64,000 bases of DNA, taken from a bacterium. GTDB taxonomy: Bacteria; UBA10199; 2-02-FULL-44-16; JAAZCA01. Positions 1 through 10,800 of the stretch are shown piece by piece. The notes beneath the pieces are model-generated. The model was not told the origin of the DNA. It saw only the letters and a list, made by a program, of their open reading frames with translations, and searched no databases. How positions within the stretch are numbered: the stretch's first letter is position 1; each line of letters begins with the position of its first letter. Position numbers and translations under genes: made by a program. The stretch spans positions 384,001 to 448,000 of the forward strand of contig CAXXGI010000002.1 of NCBI GenBank assembly GCA_963674695.2. The letters are read 5' to 3'.

Positions 1-1173
1 ATGTTGGACAAGGCCAGGTTGCGTGCAGCGCAGGTCAATCAGAAGGGGGCGCTCTTTCCTTGGCGCACGATCAACGGCGACGATGCCTCCGGCTACTATG
101 CGGCGGGGACGGCGCAATATCACATCAATGCCGACATCATGTATGCGTTGCGCAAATATGTCGACATCACGAATGATACGTCATTTCTGTACGAGTATGG
201 CGCCGAGATGCTCGTGGAGACCGCGCGCCTCTGGGCCGACCTGGGGTTTTTCAACGACCGCAGGGACGGCAAGTTTTGCATTCACGGTGTGACCGGCCCC
301 GATGAATACAACACGGTGGTGAACAACAATACCTATACCAATCTCATGGCGCGCGAGAACCTCTGGTATGCGGCCGAGACGGTGCGCACGATGCAGCGCG
401 ATTGCCCGAAGCTCTTTGCGGAGCTTGCGGACAAGACGCACCTCGATCTCACTGAAGTCGATGAGTGGCAGCGCGCGGCCGATCAGATGTATATTCCTTA
501 CGACCAGAAGCTCAGTATCCATCTGCAGGACGACGAGTTTTTGGACAAGGAGGAATGGGATTTCAAAGATACTCCGGCCGATCACTATCCGCTGCTGCTG
601 CACTATCATCCGCTCGTCATCTATCGTCACCGGGTGATCAAGCAGGCCGACATCGTGTTGGCGATGTTTCTTCTGGAACATGAGTTTTCGCATGATCTCA
701 AAAAACGCAATTTCGAATACTACGATCCGCTGACCACGGGCGACTCGTCGCTCTCCGTCTGTATTCAGAGTATGGTTGCCTTCGAGTGTGGTCACATCGA
801 GCGGGCGCGGGAGTATGCCTGGTATGCGGCGCGCATGGATCTCGCGGATATCCACGGAAATGTGAAAGAGGGTTGCCATATCGCTTCGATGGGTGGCACC
901 TGGATGACCATCGTCTATGGTTTTGCCGGGCTGCGCGATTTCGGCGGTCGCATCGCCTTCAACCCGGTCGTGCCCAAACGCGAGGGCTCCATCACCATTC
1001 CGCTCACGGTGCGTGGATCTTTCTTCGAGGTGACGCTCGACGGTGCAAGCCAGACGATCACCTATGAACTCAAGGAGGGCGGTGACCTTGTGATCGTCGA
1101 TCAGGGTGAAGGGATCATGCTCACGAAGGGCCAACCCATCACGAACGAGATCAAAAAGCGGCAGTACGAGTAG
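1..1173 (+). CDS. Glycoside hydrolase family 65 protein (maltose/trehalose/kojibiose phosphorylase-like), 5'-truncated
   Basis: GH65 motifs GALFPWRTING, HINADI, VTGPDEY (catalytic Glu), IKQAD and DSSLS. The N-terminal part probably lies before the window. Confidence 0.9.
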   Translation: MLDKARLRAAQVNQKGALFPWRTINGDDASGYYAAGTAQYHINADIMYALRKYVDITNDTSFLYEYGAEMLVETARLWADLGFFNDRRDGKFCIHGVTGPDEYNTVVNNNTYTNLMARENLWYAAETVRTMQRDCPKLFAELADKTHLDLTEVDEWQRAADQMYIPYDQKLSIHLQDDEFLDKEEWDFKDTPADHYPLLLHYHPLVIYRHRVIKQADIVLAMFLLEHEFSHDLKKRNFEYYDPLTTGDSSLSVCIQSMVAFECGHIERAREYAWYAARMDLADIHGNVKEGCHIASMGGTWMTIVYGFAGLRDFGGRIAFNPVVPKREGSITIPLTVRGSFFEVTLDGASQTITYELKEGGDLVIVDQGEGIMLTKGQPITNEIKKRQYE

Positions 1174-1184
1174 GGAGAGAACGA

Positions 1185-3779
1185 ATGATGTCCGAGTGCC
1201 ATTGCTCCAATTGGATCATTCTTAAATTTGGCGGTACCAGTGTCACCTCCCGTGCATGTTGGGAGACGATCGCTGGTGTCGCACGCCAGCGCCTGGCCGA
1301 GGGTCTGCGTCCGGTCATCGTCTGTTCGGCGCTCGCCGGTGTCTCCGATCAGCTCGAATGTCTCATCGCGGAAGCGCTCGTCGGGCGGCAGGAGCCGGTG
1401 CTTGCTCAGCTCATCGAACGGCATCTCTCCTTCGCGCGCGAGTTGGGCGTGGAGGAATCGATCGTGCAGGAACCGCTCGATGCGCTGGGGCGAATCGCCC
1501 AGGGCATGGCGCTCACGCGCGAGGTGAGCCCAAAGCTCAAGGCGCAGGTGATGTCGCAGGGAGAGTTGCTCTCCACACGCCTGGGCGCAGCCTTTCTGAA
1601 ACAGCAGGGCCTTGCGTCCGACTGGCGCGATGCGCGCGAACTCATCGGTGCGAGCGAGATGGTCGGCAGCGAACAGCGCCGCTATCTGGCGGCTTCCTGT
1701 GCCACCGATACGGATGAAGGGCTTGCCGCTGCACTCGAAGGTTCGGGAGAGGGTGTGGTCGTCACGCAGGGCTTCATCGCGGCCAACGCCCAGGGCGAGA
1801 CGGTCCTGCTCGGCCGGGGTGGGTCGGACATCAGCGCGGCCGTCTTCGCCACGAAGCTCGGGGCGACCCGCTGCGAGATCTGGACCGATGTGCCGGGGCT
1901 CTTCACCGCCGATCCGCGCCGCATTCCGCAGGCGCGGCTATTGCTCCACCTGGGCTATGACGAGGCGCAGGAGATCGCGTCGTTCGGGGCAAAGGTGTTA
2001 CACCCGAAGACGATTGCACCGCTCAAGCGTCACGATATCCCGATCGTCATTCGCTGGATGGAGCGGCCCGACTTTTCCGGAACCGTTATCTCTGCGGATG
2101 CCACGGCCAGCGAGGCGCAGGTCAAGGCGATCTCGGCCAAGCGCGGAATCACCGTCGTCTCGATGGAGACGGTCGAGATGTGGCATCAGGTGGGTTTCCT
2201 CGCGCAGGTCTTCGATTGTTTTCGGCAACACGGACTCTCGGTCGATCTGGTTTCGAGCTCCGAGACCAACATCACCGTCACCATCGACAACCTCGCCAAT
2301 GCGCTCGATCCCGAATCAGTTCGCGCTCTCGTGGCGGACCTCAAGCGTTTCTGCCAGCCGCGTGTCGTGGACAACTGCGCGATGGTCAGCCTTGTCGGTC
2401 GGCATATTCGTTCCATCCTTCATGAGGTCGGGCCGGCGCTCGCGGTCTTTGCCGAGCAGCGCATCTATATGCTCTCGCAGGCGGCCAACGACTTGAACCT
2501 CACCTGCGTGGTTGACGAGGATCAGGCAACGCCGCTCGCAGCTGAACTGCACGCAAAACTCTTCGGTGGTCGCGGCGAGGATGGGCTCTTGGGTCCCTCC
2601 TGGCAGGAACTCTTCGAGCCGTGCCCAAAGCCGGCTGCACCCATGCGGCAAGCATGGTGGCGCCATCGTGCCGATGAACTCATCGCGCTGGCCCACCAGG
2701 AGAGCCCGCGCTACGTCTATGATGCGGCGGATATCTCTGCGGCGATCGAACGCCTCCAGGGCCTGCGCTCGATCGACCGGATCTTCTATTCGGTGAAGGC
2801 GAACAACTGTCCCGATGTGCTGGAGTTGATCGAGCAGAAAGGGATTGGATTCGAATGTGTCTCCGCGGCTGAGATCGATCTGATCATCGAGTGCTTTCCC
2901 GGCATCGATGTCCGGCGCATGCTCTTTACGCCCAACTTCGTTGGGCGCGCCGAATATGAACGGGCCTTTGCCATCGGCACTTGGGTGACCCTCGACAACC
3001 TCTATCCGCTCGAGGCGTGGCCCGATCTCTTCCGCGGCCGCGATATCTTTGTGCGCCTCGATCCGGGAAAGGGTCGTGGACATCACGAATACGTGCATAC
3101 CGCAGGCACGAAGAGCAAGTTCGGCATTCCGCCCATGCAGTTCGACGCGTTGGAAGAGGCGGTCCGCAGAAGCGGTGCGCATGTGGTGGGCCTGCATGCA
3201 CACGTGGGGAGCAATATTCACGAACCGGAGACCTGGTCCGAGGTGGCGCTCTTCCTGGCGCATGCGGCCGAGCGTTTTCCCGATGTGTCGGTTCTCGATA
3301 TGGGCGGAGGGCTTGGCGTAATCGAGCAGTCGGGACAGTCGGCGCTCGATCTGGCGAAGGTGGATGAAGCGCTGGCCGCCGTGCGTCGCGTGTATCCGCG
3401 CTTCGCGTTCTGGGTAGAGCCTGGGCGATATATCGTGGCCGAGTCTGGGGTGTTGCTCGCGCGCGTGACACAGACCAAGCACAAGGGCGAGCAATTCTAT
3501 GTCGGCGTCGATGCGGGGATGAACGCGCTCATTCGCCCCGCGCTCTATGGGGCGCATCATGAAATCGTCAATCTCTCGCGTCTGAATGAAACGCCCAATT
3601 GCGTGGCTACCGTGGTGGGCCCGATCTGCGAATCCGGCGATATTCTTGGGTATGAACGGACGATGCCCACGCCGCAGGAGGGGGACGTGCTGCTCGTCGC
3701 GGCGACGGGCGCCTATGGGCGGGTGATGAGTTCGACCTACAATCGGCGCGCGCTCGTGTCGGAATATCTGCTGACGTAG
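1185..3779 (+). CDS. Bifunctional aspartate kinase / diaminopimelate decarboxylase
   Basis: N-terminal LKFGGTS and LGRGGSD kinase motifs plus ACT region. C-terminal YSVKAN (PLP Lys), HAHVGS, DMGGG, EPGRY, GPICESGD and GAYG. Confidence 0.95.
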   Translation: MMSECHCSNWIILKFGGTSVTSRACWETIAGVARQRLAEGLRPVIVCSALAGVSDQLECLIAEALVGRQEPVLAQLIERHLSFARELGVEESIVQEPLDALGRIAQGMALTREVSPKLKAQVMSQGELLSTRLGAAFLKQQGLASDWRDARELIGASEMVGSEQRRYLAASCATDTDEGLAAALEGSGEGVVVTQGFIAANAQGETVLLGRGGSDISAAVFATKLGATRCEIWTDVPGLFTADPRRIPQARLLLHLGYDEAQEIASFGAKVLHPKTIAPLKRHDIPIVIRWMERPDFSGTVISADATASEAQVKAISAKRGITVVSMETVEMWHQVGFLAQVFDCFRQHGLSVDLVSSSETNITVTIDNLANALDPESVRALVADLKRFCQPRVVDNCAMVSLVGRHIRSILHEVGPALAVFAEQRIYMLSQAANDLNLTCVVDEDQATPLAAELHAKLFGGRGEDGLLGPSWQELFEPCPKPAAPMRQAWWRHRADELIALAHQESPRYVYDAADISAAIERLQGLRSIDRIFYSVKANNCPDVLELIEQKGIGFECVSAAEIDLIIECFPGIDVRRMLFTPNFVGRAEYERAFAIGTWVTLDNLYPLEAWPDLFRGRDIFVRLDPGKGRGHHEYVHTAGTKSKFGIPPMQFDALEEAVRRSGAHVVGLHAHVGSNIHEPETWSEVALFLAHAAERFPDVSVLDMGGGLGVIEQSGQSALDLAKVDEALAAVRRVYPRFAFWVEPGRYIVAESGVLLARVTQTKHKGEQFYVGVDAGMNALIRPALYGAHHEIVNLSRLNETPNCVATVVGPICESGDILGYERTMPTPQEGDVLLVAATGAYGRVMSSTYNRRALVSEYLLT

Positions 3780-3814
3780 AACGTGTCGGAAAGTAATGAT
3801 TGTAATGATTTTTT

Positions 3815-3882
3815 TCATTCCCGCGAAAGCGGGAATCTCGAAGTGTTTGAAAGATCGAGATTCCCGCTTTTGCGGGAATGAC
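3815..3882. repeat. REP/REPIN-like palindromic element (TCATTCCCGC..GCGGGAATC family), copy 1
   Basis: TCATTCCCGCGAAAGCGGGAATCTCG ... CGAGATTCCCGCTTTTGCGGGAATGAC inverted doublet between convergent genes. Related copies at 19707, 49622 and 50901. Confidence 0.85.
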
Positions 3883-3929
3883 AGCAAAAGCCAATTTCCC
3901 ACTCTTGGATGACAGGGTCAGCTCATCGA

Positions 3930-5198
3930 TCATTTCTTCAATCGCTGAAAGAGGTTTTTCATCAACGCATCGCTGTCGATCTTGTCGCCGAGCAACGCGA
4001 GTGCCAAGACCTCGCCGCCCAGGATCTGTGGCGAGATCACGAGATCCGGTTTGACCCGTCGCACGCGGTTCAAATTCTTGGAGTCGCTGACAGAGATGAC
4101 CGTCTTGTGCCCCCCCTCGAGTTCCTTCGCGGCAAGGATGACGAAGGCGTTCTCTGCGTCGTCGTTGCCCAGCGCCATGACGGCCGCCGCGCGATCCGCG
4201 CAGGCGTTTTTGAGCACGTCGGTGTCGCTGCCGTCGCCGACGATGATGTCGTCGTTATCGAACATCGAGTGCTCCGGCGCCGTAGCCAGGATCATGCTGA
4301 CCTGCTGTCCCTTCGTTCGAAAAATCTTGTAGCTGTTGCGCGCAAGCGCTGAGTCACCCACGATGATGAAGTGATTGGAGCGTTCCATGGTCTGTTTCCC
4401 TCGCTGCAAGAGGCGTCGAAGATGATTGTTGAAGATGGGCAGGACGATTGTACTCAATGTAGTGGCAAAGACCGTGATGCCCAGCACGATGATCGAGACG
4501 ACGAAGAGCCGTGCCTTTTCCGTGATGGGGGCGATATCGCCGTAGCCCACCGTCGACATCGTCTCCACGGCGAAATAGAAGGCGGTGGTGAGGGTGGTGA
4601 TGTGCGGTTCGAACTGATCGCCGAGTTTGAGCGCCACGAGCACGGCATATCCCATGAGGAGAATGAGGCTGGTGACGGCAAAGATCGTGGTCGAGGCGAT
4701 GCTTCGTTTTTGAAAGACATGCCGATAGAAGACGAGTGGCACGAGCAGCAGGATGTCCGAGGTGATGAGGGCTGCACGATTGTGGCCGCTGTGCGTGAGG
4801 AGATCGATGGCGATGCTGATGCAGAGGAAGATCACCGTGATGATCCAGGCGAACTGCGAACGCAGCAGGATGCCCACGGACATGACGATGAGGATGAGGG
4901 CGGGGACCGCCTGTGGCAGGCCCGTCATGTCGAAGGCCATCATCTGGTTGGCGGCGGTCTCGACGTCCTTCGTGAGCAGATCCCAGCCGATGTTATGGAG
5001 CGGAACGTGCACCAGATGGATGATGCCGAGGATCGCCACCGCCACCGCGAGCGGCAGATGCGGGAACCAGGTATGCAGATAGAGACGCCGGCTGATCGCG
5101 TTCAGGCGCTGTGAAAAACGACGTCCTGCAAGCAGGAAGCGCTGCGGCGCTGTTTTCGGCTTGGTATGCGGCATGCGTTCCTCGATGTTTCCCCTCAT
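3930..5198 (-). CDS. kch: Kch-like potassium channel with C-terminal RCK/TrkA-N domain
   Basis: Selectivity filter TMSTVGYGD, multiple TM helices, C-terminal HFIIVGDS RCK domain. Confidence 0.88.
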   Translation of the reverse strand: MRGNIEERMPHTKPKTAPQRFLLAGRRFSQRLNAISRRLYLHTWFPHLPLAVAVAILGIIHLVHVPLHNIGWDLLTKDVETAANQMMAFDMTGLPQAVPALILIVMSVGILLRSQFAWIITVIFLCISIAIDLLTHSGHNRAALITSDILLLVPLVFYRHVFQKRSIASTTIFAVTSLILLMGYAVLVALKLGDQFEPHITTLTTAFYFAVETMSTVGYGDIAPITEKARLFVVSIIVLGITVFATTLSTIVLPIFNNHLRRLLQRGKQTMERSNHFIIVGDSALARNSYKIFRTKGQQVSMILATAPEHSMFDNDDIIVGDGSDTDVLKNACADRAAAVMALGNDDAENAFVILAAKELEGGHKTVISVSDSKNLNRVRRVKPDLVISPQILGGEVLALALLGDKIDSDALMKNLFQRLKK

Positions 5199-5317
5199 GG
5201 ATACCTCAGGATGAAAGGCGCGTCGAGGCCGATTTTTATTTGAGCCCTGCGCGCGAGAGGTCTATAGTTGTCGGCATATCGGTCGCGGGCAATTTTTTCG
5301 AGAAAGAGAGAGGTCAC

Positions 5318-5785
5318 ATGGGAGAGGAACAGAGCACTCAGATTCGACGCTGGAAGAGGGATGAGCGCGATGCGTGGGAACGACTCTTTCGCGCCTACGT
5401 CTTCGACTTCTATAAGATGTCGGTTACCGACGAGACGGTCGATGCCACCTGGCAGCGTCTGCTCGACGAACAGGATGCCGAGGTGCAGGGTTTGGGTGCC
5501 TTCAATGCGAGCGGCACGGCCGTGGGTCTGGTGCACTATCTGCCGCAATCGACCTGCTGGGATACGCGCCGGATCTGCTACCTCGAGGATCTCTTCGTCC
5601 TGCCGGAGTGTCGTGGCGAGCATGTGGGGCGAGCGCTCGTCGAGGCAGTCTATGCCGAAGCGAGAAAGAACGGCTGGGCCAAGGTCTTCTGGGAGACGCA
5701 GGAGTTCAATCACCTGGGCCGCATCCTCTACGACGAGCTCGCGGTCAAATCCGACTTCATCGTCTATGAGAAGGAGATCGACTGA
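5318..5785 (+). CDS. GNAT family N-acetyltransferase
   Basis: YLEDLFVLPECRGEHVGRAL acetyl-CoA motif. Start moved to ATG 5318 after an AGAGAGG RBS. Confidence 0.88.
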   Translation: MGEEQSTQIRRWKRDERDAWERLFRAYVFDFYKMSVTDETVDATWQRLLDEQDAEVQGLGAFNASGTAVGLVHYLPQSTCWDTRRICYLEDLFVLPECRGEHVGRALVEAVYAEARKNGWAKVFWETQEFNHLGRILYDELAVKSDFIVYEKEID

Positions 5786-5799
5786 GCCAGGAGCGACCG

Positions 5800-6570
5800 A
5801 TGAACCTGCCCGAACTGAAGACGCATTTTCCTCGACTGCATCGCTTGCAGCAACGCATCTGGGATCACCCTATTCATTGGCGGTCGATGCTCCTGCGCGT
5901 CGGCCTGGGTGCGGCGGCATTGGCCGTCGTTATCTTTCTCGGGGCGCTCTGGGGCGAGCACATTCCCGCAGTCGAGGCCTTCATTCGCGAGATCGGCATC
6001 TGGGGTCCGATCGTCTTCATCGTTCTCTTTGTCGTCACCATGCCCTTCTTTGTTCCGAACGCGGGGTTTGCCATGGCCGCCGGCGCGCTCTTCGGCCTCT
6101 GGTGGGGAACGGTCTATATCGTCCTGGCCGGACTCATCGCCGAGATGATCCTTTTCACGGCGGGTCATCACTTTTTGCGCGCTCCGGTCGAGCGGTGGTT
6201 GCAAAAATATCCGAAGCTCCTGGCCATCCGTGGTGCGCTCATCAAACAGCCGGTCAAGTTGATGATCCTGCTGCGCCTCTCCCCGCTGCCGTTCACGCCG
6301 ATCTGCTACATGATGTCGACCACGCGCGTGACCTATCGCCAGTACCTCATCGGTTTTTTGGGTTACATCCCCGGAAACTTCGTCACCGTCTATTTCGGTT
6401 TCGTCGCCAAACACGTCGCCAAGGCGGCAGGGCACGCCGACGACCTCTCGCCTGAGCAGCTCGTTCTCGCCATCGTCGGGCTGACGGCCTCGGTGATCCT
6501 CATCACCTATGTCTCGCGCGTCTCCAAACGCGCGCTCGAGCAGGTGCAGCGTTCGGAGGACGCTGCGTAA
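5800..6570 (+). CDS. TVP38/TMEM64 (DedA/VTT) family membrane protein
   Basis: AAGALFGLWWG and LLRLSPLPF motifs; hydrophobic helices. Confidence 0.85.
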   Translation: MNLPELKTHFPRLHRLQQRIWDHPIHWRSMLLRVGLGAAALAVVIFLGALWGEHIPAVEAFIREIGIWGPIVFIVLFVVTMPFFVPNAGFAMAAGALFGLWWGTVYIVLAGLIAEMILFTAGHHFLRAPVERWLQKYPKLLAIRGALIKQPVKLMILLRLSPLPFTPICYMMSTTRVTYRQYLIGFLGYIPGNFVTVYFGFVAKHVAKAAGHADDLSPEQLVLAIVGLTASVILITYVSRVSKRALEQVQRSEDAA

Positions 6571-6585
6571 ACGGAGGGAAGGAAG

Positions 6586-7710
6586 ATGATGCCTCAATCT
6601 CGCGCGGAAAAGACGGTTCGGAATCTCCTCACATCGGCAGGAATCGCTATCGACGGCACCGAGCCCTGGGACATGACGGTGCATGATGCGCACGTCTATT
6701 CGCGACTGCTCGCCGATGGCGTCCTGGGACTTGGTGAGACCTATATGGAGCGCGGCTGGGATTGTCAGCGCGTCGATGAACTCATCTGCCGCATGCTGCG
6801 CGCCGGCCTGGAAGAGAAAGTGCGTGCGAGCGCGAAGCTCATCCTCCAGGTCGTGCGTACCAAGCTCATCAATCCCCAGACGATCACGCGCTCGCGGGAG
6901 GTGGGGCGTCGCCATTATGATGTGGGCAACGACCTCTATGCCCACATGCTCGATGACGATATGACCTACACCTGTGGCTACTGGAAGGATGCCGAGACGC
7001 TCGATCAAGCGCAGCAGGACAAACTCAAACTCGTCTGCGACAAAATCGGTATCGAGCGAGGCATGCGTGTCCTGGATATCGGCTGTGGGTGGGGATCGTT
7101 TGCACGCTATGCCGCAAAACGCTACGGCGCGCAGGTGGTGGGCATCACCATCTCGAAGGAACAGGCGTGTCTTGCCACCGAGCGCTGCCGCGGCCTGCCC
7201 GTCGAGATCCGCTTTCAGGATTACCGCGAGGTGGACGAGCGATTCGATCGCGTCGTATCCTTGGGGATGTTCGAACACGTCGGTCCTCGGAACTATCGTG
7301 CGTATATGCAAAAAACCTGTGCGTGCCTCGATGAAGGTGGCATGTGCATGCTGCACACGATTGCGGCCAACACGACGCTGCAAACGATGAACCCCTGGAT
7401 CGAACGCTATATTTTTCCGAAGAGCAAACTCCCCTCGCTCAAGCAGATCATGGATGCCGTCGAGGGATGTTTCATCGTCGAGGACTGCCACAACTTCGGC
7501 CCCGACTACGACCGGACGCTCATGGCCTGGCATCACAACATCACCGCTGCCTGGGATCGTCTGTGCGATCATTACGACGATCGCTTCCAGCGCATGTGGA
7601 ACTTCTATCTCCTCTCCTGCGCAGGGGCCTTCCGCGCCCGCGACATCCAGCTCTGGCAGATCGTCCTGTCCAAAGGGGGAATCCCCGGCGGCTATCGCTC
7701 GATACGGTGA
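6586..7710 (+). CDS. cfa: Cyclopropane fatty acyl phospholipid synthase
   Basis: LGLGETYM, HYDVGNDLY, VLDIGCGWG, SLGMFEHVG and RMWNFYL motifs. Confidence 0.95.
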   Translation: MMPQSRAEKTVRNLLTSAGIAIDGTEPWDMTVHDAHVYSRLLADGVLGLGETYMERGWDCQRVDELICRMLRAGLEEKVRASAKLILQVVRTKLINPQTITRSREVGRRHYDVGNDLYAHMLDDDMTYTCGYWKDAETLDQAQQDKLKLVCDKIGIERGMRVLDIGCGWGSFARYAAKRYGAQVVGITISKEQACLATERCRGLPVEIRFQDYREVDERFDRVVSLGMFEHVGPRNYRAYMQKTCACLDEGGMCMLHTIAANTTLQTMNPWIERYIFPKSKLPSLKQIMDAVEGCFIVEDCHNFGPDYDRTLMAWHHNITAAWDRLCDHYDDRFQRMWNFYLLSCAGAFRARDIQLWQIVLSKGGIPGGYRSIR

Positions 7711-7845
7711 AGACCGTATCCGAGTGACCAGGGGCTGGGTGTTCAAATAGTGACGCGATTGGGTTCATTTTTACCCATCTCCGTGGGCCGATCCATATAA
7801 CCCCCTGTATTAATTGGTCATTTGTTTTCATTCTCCTCGAATAGT

Positions 7846-7861
7846 TGGCGCAATTTATGCA
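7846..7861 (+). promoter_or_regulatory. Putative sigma-54 promoter of the large surface-protein gene
   Basis: TGGCGCAATTTATGCA (GG-N10-GC) about 30 bp before the start. Dyad TGGGT-N8-ACCCA at 7760-7777 is a candidate activator site. Confidence 0.65.
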
Positions 7862-7889
7862 TCCTTCATAGAGAGTCAGGGGGATATCT

Positions 7890-10800
7890 GTGTCTGCGAT
7901 GATCTTCACAGGGCGTCTGCGGTCATTCCCACGATGGAGATATTTCGTCGCCGTGGGGATCGCCATTCTCGTCCTGCTCTGGTCGACGATTCTTTATGCT
8001 GCCACCGTCACGATCTCGGATGGAAACGGAAACTGCGATCAATCCGACACCGACGTCACCGTTTCGGCCAGCGACACCTATGTCATCGATTGTTCGGGCG
8101 CTGATGGTTGGCACGTCAACAGCCTGGTGATCGAAGGCGTCGTAACACATGCGGCCGCCGATCTTCCCGGCGTGGTGATCACCTCCGATGGGGGCATTAC
8201 CATCAACGGGAGTATCGATGTGATGGGAAAAGGATACGCTGGTGGAAGAGGTCTGAATAATGCCGATAGCGCTGAAGACGGCTACACCTGCGACGGTTGC
8301 GACGGCGGCGGAAAAAAATCAAAAATGAGTGATGTCGCAACTGAGCACTATGGGAGTGGCGGCGGAGGTCACGGCGGCGTTGGTGGTATGGCGGCAAGGA
8401 GTGCTGTGGGTTATGGCGTTGGTGGAGGCTCTTACGATAGCGCGATGAATCCGACAATGTTTGGTTCAGGCGGCGGAGGCGGCACATCGTATGGCGATAA
8501 CACCCTTTACGACGGTGGTGCCGGCGGTGGACTTGTAAAGTTAACGGCACAAACAGTTACAATTGAAGGGGCTATCACAGCAAACGGTGCCGATGGTGAA
8601 GGCAGAACAGATGGCACGTGTAGTACAGCCAGGATTCAAGGTGGTGGCGGCGGTGCTGGCGGAACGATTGTCATCAATACGGATACGCTTGAATGCGGCG
8701 ACTCTTGTGGAGCGATAACGGCGACTGGCGGTACCAGAGGCGATCACTGTACGGATTACTATGATATTTACTGTTGTGCTTCAGAAGATGCGAGCGGTGG
8801 TGGTGGAAGAGTGGCGATAAGATTTCAAAGTGCATCAACCGATGATTTAACAGGTCTTATAGAAAACTTATATGCATATGGATTGTATACAAACAAGCGA
8901 GGCGAATCAGGAACAGCAATACTCATTAATACTTCAACAAAGGATGCTTATATAAGACATGGATTCGATTTTCAGGCTGCAGATTTGTTCGATGACGATG
9001 CCGAAGATGGATATAAAGATTTCAAATTTGATGCGAACAATAATTATAGAAACCTCTATGTGTATATGGCCGCTCTGCGCTTGCACACCTCAATAAAAAT
9101 TGAATTGGACGGAGACTTTCTGCTTTCGGGCTTTGACGGCCAAAGAAACGGAGCATTTTATTCATTAAACAACTATAGCTATCTTGGATGTAAGGATCCT
9201 ACTTATGATATGGTTCTAAATGCGAACAATTTGACGGTGGCAAACGATGCTTTTTTCCGCATTTATTATCCATACCCCAGGGCAGGAGCAGACAATGCCT
9301 TGTTTCCAAATCAAAATTATTTATGTAACAATACGAGCGTAACGTTTACCGAAAGTGCCAATTTAACCTCCGGGTATTTTCAATGCGGTGGTTCTATGTC
9401 TGTTGATGTATCCGCAAACACCGAAGCAGTTAATCACACCATTTTCAAGATCTATGCCGAAGATGGCATTGCGCTGCAACTCGGGCAAGACGATACCATC
9501 GGCGCTGAGAGTGTATTGTCGGTATCAGAAAACGGAGATGCTTGGGTCAACATTTCCGGTACGATCGTAACGCTAGATGATGTCGATATCATCGGGAATG
9601 CGAATATCGATGTGGCAACGTTTGTGATGGACGCAGACAGCACAATCAGTGCAAGCGGGAAAGGCTACGACGGCGGTGATTTGGATGTCGATGGCGCCGA
9701 TGGCTATGGGTTCTGTTGTGACGGTTGTGATGGCGGTGGTGCCCCCGCCTATATTGATGCTCCAGATTCTGCCGATGACGCCTATGGCGCCGGCGGCGGG
9801 GGGCACGGGGGTGTTGGAGGAGATGCAGATTATAATGACGGCACTATCGGTATGGGTGGAGATACCTACGATAGCACGAATTCACCACAATACTTCGGCG
9901 CCGGCGGTGGCAGTGGATATCGAGAGTCGACCGCCTATGGGGCAACAAGACATGCATACGGAGGGGCTGGTGGCGGTGCCGTTATCATCGAAGCGGATTT
10001 CATGACCCTGGCCGGAACCATTTCTGCCGATGGTGATCAGGGACAGAGCGGTCTGGATGGAGTTGAAGGTCAAACCAACGTCACCGCATACGGCGGCGGC
10101 GGCGGAGCCGGCGGTACCATTCATCTGAAAGGTGGAACGGTTGAATGTGATGGAGCGGGGTGTCCGATTCTATCCGTCGCCGGCGGAGCCGGTGGCGAAG
10201 ATTATCGGCAGATGTATGATACACACATAGAACCTCCCGGCGGCAGTGGCGGTGGCGGTGGCGGTATTATCAGGGTCGATTATTCTTCACTCAGCGGAGC
10301 AAACCAAACTTCTATGCAAAGCGCCGCACTCATTGCAGGAGGAGCCGGCCACGAAGATGCAGGAGCCGGCGGCGTTGGCGTCATCAGCTTCGAGCAGACA
10401 AACGAAGCGCCCATTGCGGATGCCGGCGGACCGTACGCCCAACAACAGCCCGGTGCGATCTCCATCCTGGATGGTTCCAACTCATCCGATGGAGACAGCG
10501 ATCCCATCACCTATGCATGGACCTGTACGTCATGCCCTCAGGAGGGCAGTGACGGTTTTGTGAATTGCAATACGTCGATATCGCTTTTGAACACGACGAC
10601 GGCAACACCCTCATTCACGGTGTATGATCATGGCAACTATGTCTTCGAACTCACCGTCGATGATACGAAGACGACGGTTACGGACACGGCGACCATCAGC
10701 GTTGCTAACGTCATTCCGGCGGTGACCTCCACGGTGGCATCCAGCACGGTGCCCGGAGTGACCGTCGATCTGACGGCCACTATCACTGATGCCAACAACG

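Noticed and set aside
5764-7746. Long antisense or alternate-frame ORFs over well-supported genes (also 13431-15302, 2316-3902, 29691-30854, 51008-52336, 58032-59315)
   Set aside because: Expected stop-poor shadow frames in GC-rich coding DNA.
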